A DNA stretch of 63,909 bases, counting the filler, from Craspedostauros australis (lineage: Eukaryota): assembly GCA_030167865.1 (NCBI GenBank). It is 15 parts of 15 records of this genome, joined end to end, with 100 filler letters (N's around TTAATTAATTAA, not from the genome) between each part and the next. Parts side by side here need not be neighbours in the genome. Positions count along the whole stretch, not along the records: positions 53,596 to 61,277 come from JALAGF010004350.1; positions 61,378 to 63,909 come from JALAGF010004360.1; 13 more parts are not named here. One strand, 5' to 3'. A program made the position numbers and the translations under genes. Shown here one piece after another: positions 58,217-63,909 of the stretch. Position 1 is the stretch's first letter. Each line of letters starts with the position of its first letter. Under the pieces are notes generated by a model that was not told where the DNA came from, made no database searches, and saw nothing but the letters and a program-made list of their open reading frames with translations.

Positions 58217-61200
58217 AACAAGACGTGGTCAGCAGACAGGAGCGGATTAAGATAGTTTCTCAACCATCTCGGATGATGAACCGCAACAAGTACAACGCCG
58301 GCTCGGAAGGAATGGAGCATGCGACACCGTTGATAGACCAACAGTCAGTTGGTGCAAAATCGATGACGACGATACCACTCTTCGATGCGGACCAACGCGG
58401 AGTTGTAGCTTCAAGAGAAAAAGAATGGCCTCGACTTGTGCACGGTTTCAAGGTCATTCTCAAGGCTATCTGCACCGACGATCATCCTCTCGTGCTCTAT
58501 TTGGACGGTGAGTGAAACCGACGGCACCGTGGTTTGTACACGCGTATTGCTGCAGACTCGGATATGTTCTTGGACCGCCCATACCTTTTCTTCTATATGT
58601 ACGAGTACGTTGGCACGTTGTGCCGCACTGCACAACGCCACCTCACATGCTCAAACCTCGATTGTGTCACATTGTCGCTCGCAATCTTTCGTATCTATAG
58701 ACCTTCAATGGGTTGATGAACGATCTCTCAAGCTCATCACTGAGATCTTGATCGATCCTTCCATCCGCAACCTTCTCATTATCGGATCATACCGATCCAA
58801 CGAGGTACACAACGATCCTCAACATCAACTCACCACAGCGGTCTCACAGTGGAAAACCAACGGAAAGACCATCCACGACATTCCCCTCAATGATCTCACG
58901 GTCACCCAAACTGTGGAGCTTCTCGCATCGTCGCTTCGGTTGGATACCACCAAAACAACCCCTCTTGCGAAGTTGCTCCATGACAAGACCAAAGGCAACG
59001 TACTATACACCATGCAGGCGCTAGAGGGGCTCCGCCGTCGCAAGGTCTTGACTCGCAACATCCACACGTCGCAGTGGGAATGGGATGAGCAGCGAGCAGC
59101 CGATGAGATCGACCTATCAGCGAACGTGGTCGACCTGATCACGGCGAAGCTCCATTCGCTGCCAGAGGACCTGCAAAAGTGCTTGCAGATGGCTTCATTC
59201 CTGCGATCGACGTTCCGTCAGTCGTTGTTGGAGACGTTGATGGACTGGGAGATCGAAGAGCGTCAGTTGAATCTGGTAGATGGCATGGGTGCCACGAAAA
59301 CCCTGTCGGTGACCGAGATGAGCGTAGGTGAGGCACTGGATATGGCCGTCAAGGAAGAGCTGTTGGAGAGAATCGAGACGGATGCAGGTCCGACCCAACA
59401 CCTGGTCAACTCAGGCGCGATGTTCCGTTTTGTTCATGATCGAATCCAGCAGGCGGCCTTCTCGCTGTCACCCCCAGGCGACGAGCTCGACCGAATGAAA
59501 TTTCGGGTGGGCAAGTATCTCATGGAGATCGCATCTGATCCCATGTTGGGCGAAGACTGGATGTGGTTCATGGCTGCGGACCACCTCGAGAACGTGTCGT
59601 CGCTCACGGTATCTGATCACATCATTTCAACCATTGACTACACCAAGCTCAATCTCAAGGCTGGGCAGCTCGCAGTTGGTGTTTCTGCTTTCGTTCCGGC
59701 AGCAAAGTACCTGAACCGAGCCTTGACGAATCTAGAGATCAAGATCGCTGATCCTTGGGAGACGCAATATGAATTGTGCAGGGATGTCTATCGCGGCCTC
59801 TCTGAGATCGAGCTGACCCTCGGCAACTACGACAAGGGATTGATGCTGTGCCAAACTATTGTGGAAAGATCCGATCACTTCATCGAGGACAAGATCTTGG
59901 TGAATTTGTCGTTGGTCAAGGCACTGAATCGTCTGGAACGATACAAAGAATCGGTAGTTCTGCAGCTCGAATCGCTCAACCTTTTGAAGACCTTCCCTGT
60001 GAGGAATCATCTATTCCTGGCTCTCAGGGATCTCCAGAAGATCAATACCTACTTCTCCAAGCACACTGACGACGAGGTAATCAATCTCTCCATCATGACG
60101 GACCCAAAGATGAAGCTGACAATGGAGCTACTGAGACATACGATTTTCTCAGCCCACTGCTCGAAACAGGTTGGAACCTTGATGTTCATCCTGTTCCGAC
60201 AAGTCAGACTCACACTGAAGCATGGTCTATGTGCAGAAGGAGCCTACGCCTTCTGTTGCGCCGGAGTCGTTCTCATCAATATCCTCAAGAAGATCGATCT
60301 GGGCAAGCGGCTCTGTGCCTTGGCAAGACGGATCATTGATGCGACTGAATCCAAGCACATCTTTGGTGCTTACATTGCCTCGGCGGCGAGCTACGTCGAT
60401 GCTTGGTCCCAGCCTGTTCATGTGTGCCTGGCCGACCTTCGTCGAGGCCATCACGCTGCGATGGAAACAGGCGACTTGGAGCCGGCATACCGATGCTGGG
60501 CAAGCAGTTTGCTCATCGCATCCGTGGCTGGATTGCCTCTCGTCCCACTGTGTCGGGCGGTAAAATCATTCCTTGCGCAAGTAGAGCACTACGGCCTGAA
60601 TGCTCTGAAAGAGTTCCTGACGGTTCCCTGCGGCATGTGGATGACCATAGCTAGCAAGAATGACCCCGCCGCATCATGCATACAAGACACCTGGAGGAGT
60701 TCCGTGGACTCGATATCGGTGAAAGATACCAAGCCTTCAGAATGGATCAAAGGGATGTTCACCTGTTGGAGTTGTATACAACTGGCAGCATACTTTGGTG
60801 ACCTCGAGGTGGGAAAGAAGTGCGTCGATCCACTTGAGCAAGTTTGCAAAGCAGAGCACTCAATGATGGTCCTATCTCTCAAGGCGTTCCATTCTGGACT
60901 CGTCATGTCCAGGCTGGCTCAACGAATAACCAACAACAACCGAAAGCGACGGAAGTATTATCGCCGCTCGAAGCAATATATACAAACCATGAAGGGGTTC
61001 ATCGAAACCAAGGGTGGAACCTCTCTCCATCGATACATGATCATGCAAGCAGATGCCATGGCGGCATCCGGAAAGGAATCGGAAGAGGCTGTGAAGGCAG
61101 CATACGACAAGGCCATCTCGTTCTCTGCCCGCTCTGGCCATATCCACGAGACAGCGCTGGCGAATGAGCTTGCCGCCGAGTATTTGTTGCACAAGCAGCC

Positions 61201-61277
61201 GCTGGTGAACACCGAGGGTGAGTCAAGCGATCGTGGCAACAGCAATCACAGCCCAAACATGGAGATTGGGAAAGAAA
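57298..61277 (+). CDS. STAND-class AAA ATPase (AAA_16-type) with TPR-like helical region, paralog 2; exons 57298-58507 and 58701->61277
   Basis: 'FIGREDELERL', Walker A 'GYSGTGKS', 'GKYDQ', Walker B 'LVLYLD|DLQWVD' across intron 58508-58700, 'IIGSYRSNEV', 'KTKGN', 'FRFVHDRIQQAAF'. The start is uncertain. Confidence 0.87.
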
Positions 61278-61377
61278 NNNNNNNNNNNNNNNNNNNNNNN
61301 NNNNNNNNNNNNNNNNNNNNNTTAATTAATTAANNNNNNNNNNNNNNNNNNNNNNNNNNNNNNNNNNNNNNNNNNNN

Positions 61378-63909
61378 GCCTTGTCCCATCGGTTGTTGCG
61401 CAGCTGCTTCAGCTCCTTGTCGACGATGTCGGTGGCCATGACGCCGTTGACGACAAGCTGCCGGAAGCGTTTCAGCTCCGTCGGTGTGGCGCAGATGCAC
61501 GCCCTGAGGTCCCTGTATTCGTCAGACACGAACAGCTCCCACGACAGCGCCAGGGAGTTCTGTTCCGCGACAGATCTGTTGTTGTAAATCTTCGCGATCC
61601 GGGTGTTCTCCTTGACGAGCTGCGCGTTAGGGATGCCAGCATGATCCACATCGTGGATCATGGCCGAGAATGCGCAGGCGAGCTGGGTGAGCGGATCGGA
61701 CGTGATGCCGTACGTGTGATCATGCAACGTGGCTGCGACGTCTCTGTTATCGCTCCTATCCCCATCGCCATCATTGCCATTGTCATCGTTGGTTGCTGTG
61801 CTGTGCTGTGTCGCCTGCTTGATTTCGTCGAGATCAGTAGGTGCCACGATGCGAGCCAGCAGCTTGACGACGGACATGGTGACATGCGACGCATGCTCGA
61901 AGTTATGGAACGCATTGTCTCTGTACATCATGGCGATGTTGGACACGAAGGATCGAAGCTGGTTCACGATGGTTAGATCGATGGTAACGTGATCAGGATC
62001 CATCTCCATGCGCCCGACCTGTTGGTCGTATGCCGGTAGGTGGATGATCTCTTCGACTTCATCGAGCGGATGGAGATGGTTGGAATCGAAGTTGTCCACA
62101 ACTGCCGTACTCTCTTGGCCATGGCTGGAGTTCTTGTTCCTGGACAGCAACGACTGTGACGACTTCGGGGAAAGGGACTGCTGTTGCTGCTGCTGCTGTG
62201 TGGCCTCCCTACGAGCCACGATGTGTCGGATGATGTGCAGCAACATCTCGACGTTCCACTCCACCAACCGCGATGTCTTCTCTCGGTAGTTGATCATGGC
62301 TTTGGAATCGGTCCCTGCCGCACCTTGAGCATGCTTGCCGTGGCCCGATGTCTTTCCATCGCCTCCGGTCAGGTGAATGTTAATCTCCGAGATGGTACCC
62401 TCGCTCGTGACACTCTCCTCGTCGGATGAGCGCTTCGATGATCGGATCCAGTAGCTGTTGTGGCATGCGTTGGTCGAGTTTTGACAATGGGAGCGTGCAA
62501 GCATATGCAATACAGGATAATGGATAGGCACAGGCACAGGCATAGAAGTAGTTGCAGCACCAACAGCGTTGATCGAATCGGTGAAAAAGGGGGATGGTGA
62601 CGTGCGTGTGAGTCAATGGAATCCAAAGCACGTTCGAATGCAGTCATGCATGTTGCGTAAAACAGAGTGCTCAGAGTCCTGGACAGTGCTCGTACAGTGA
62701 GCAGATCGCACACCACACCCTATCACACCAAGTTCCCACTTACGTTTGCATCCTCCCCTTGCCTTTGGCCTCTACGGTGTGCTCGCGCTTCAACAACCAG
62801 GCACCTTCCCCAGAGGCCTTCAAGTATTCCGCAGTCTCGGATGACACATGGATCCGACCGACCTCGCCCGTCTGCTCGATACGAGACGCGGTGTTCATGG
62901 TGTCACCAAACAGCTGAAAACGGGCCCGTTCTCCTCTCAGCACACCCGCCGTGACCGGTCCGGAGTGGATCCCAATGCGCAACGACAAGTCCGCCGTATC
63001 TGGACCATGCGTGATCTCCAGCTGCTTCGTCAGCTTGCGCGTCCGGCTGAGGATATCCCTTGCGAACCGCACCATCATGACAGCATGGTCACGTCTGGGA
63101 TCAGGGATACCCGTCGCAGCGACGTAACAATCGCCGACAGTTTCCACCTTGAAGACCCTTCGTGCCTTGGCGACTTGATCGAAGGAGGAGAAGATTTTCT
63201 CCAGCAGCGTGAAGACTTGGGATGGTTCTGTGCAAGTAGCGTCATGGGGTGTATGTAGCGTGTGATGTCGGAGTTCCACGCGGCGGAGTGGATGGCCGTT
63301 GCCCATGATTGTTGGAGGACCCCAGTATCAATATGAGCCACAGTATGCGGGTTGAAACGAAGCAATCCAAAGCATAATCCAGAAAACGTGAGAAGGACGA
63401 TGGCGAAGCAGCGGCGGCAGCACATCAGCAGTAGCAATGGCAGCAGCAATGATAGCAGCAATGGCAACAACAACGTCGGATATTAACGACAGTGCAATTC
63501 AAGCTCTCGGACAACACTACGGGCGCAACCGCTTACCTCGGACTGAGCTCCAGGCTGTGAAACCAGCGATGTCAGCAAACAGAATGGTCGTTTCCAGGAA
63601 CAGATCGGCCAATGGCTTTTCGTTCGCCGAATCCTCCGACGTGTGTCCGCTGAGATAGTTCTTCAAGTTTGCGATGCGTTTGTTGGCTGCTGTCTTGCCA
63701 TCGCCACCTGCGCTGTTGCGAGCAATCGCTTCCTGCTCCAACAATCGGCGGCGGATGTTCTTGGGAAACAAGGATGATACGATGGCATTGGATCTTGCAA
63801 CATTCTCCACCAGGTTTTCGTTTCGCTTGTAGACGAACAGGTCGTAGACGAAGAAAACGGCGATGACAAAGACGAAGGTCGCCATGACGATGATTCCGAA
63901 CCTTTCGGG
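61378..63909 (-). CDS. Membrane class-III nucleotide cyclase fused to an HD-type cyclic-nucleotide phosphodiesterase; exons >63909-63537, 63227-62744, 62454-<61378
   Basis: TM 'FVFVIAVFFVY'. Cyclase motifs 'TILFADIAGFT', 'KVETVGDCYVA', 'RIGIHSGPV', 'LFGDTMNTASR', 'KGKG'. PDE motifs 'FHNFEHASHV', 'HDVDH.G', 'VAEQNS', 'MATDI'. Two GT-AG introns preserve the frame. Confidence 0.92.

Overview
Eukaryotic DNA, inferred to be from a (probably pennate) diatom. The evidence is GT-AG introns of about 200-400 nt, microsatellite-rich non-coding DNA, CoDi-type Ty1/copia sequences, RXL-motif secreted proteins and a cyclase-phosphodiesterase fusion. The window is not a contiguous locus. It is 15 contigs joined by 14 artificial 100-bp spacers (44N-TTAATTAATTAA-44N), so neighbourhoods across spacers mean nothing. 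Several contigs are redundant: four variants of a copia gag, three pieces of one oxidoreductase pseudogene, and a 2.96-kb reverse-complement overlap. Recognisable genes are a Sen1/Upf1-type helicase, a GT47 exostosin-like glycosyltransferase, copia RT-RNaseH with PPT/LTR, a DUF179 protein, a FAM133-like protein, an SPFH/HIR protein, UTP13/TBL3, DRG1, a mucin-like Cys-repeat protein, a subtilase with a mucin stalk, two tandem STAND/AAA-TPR paralogs and a cyclase-PDE. Three items are most intriguing. (1) An intronless multi-ORF cassette at 17.7-20.3 kb (tandem Myb/HTH-like protein, alpha-crystallin-like protein, a truncated third ORF and subterminal inverted motifs) may be an uncharacterised DNA transposon. 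(2) A decayed flavoprotein disulfide reductase carries an upstream DEP-domain fragment, and splicing creates a TGA exactly at its redox-active Cys. (3) A CCGGACA array is capped by a hairpin.
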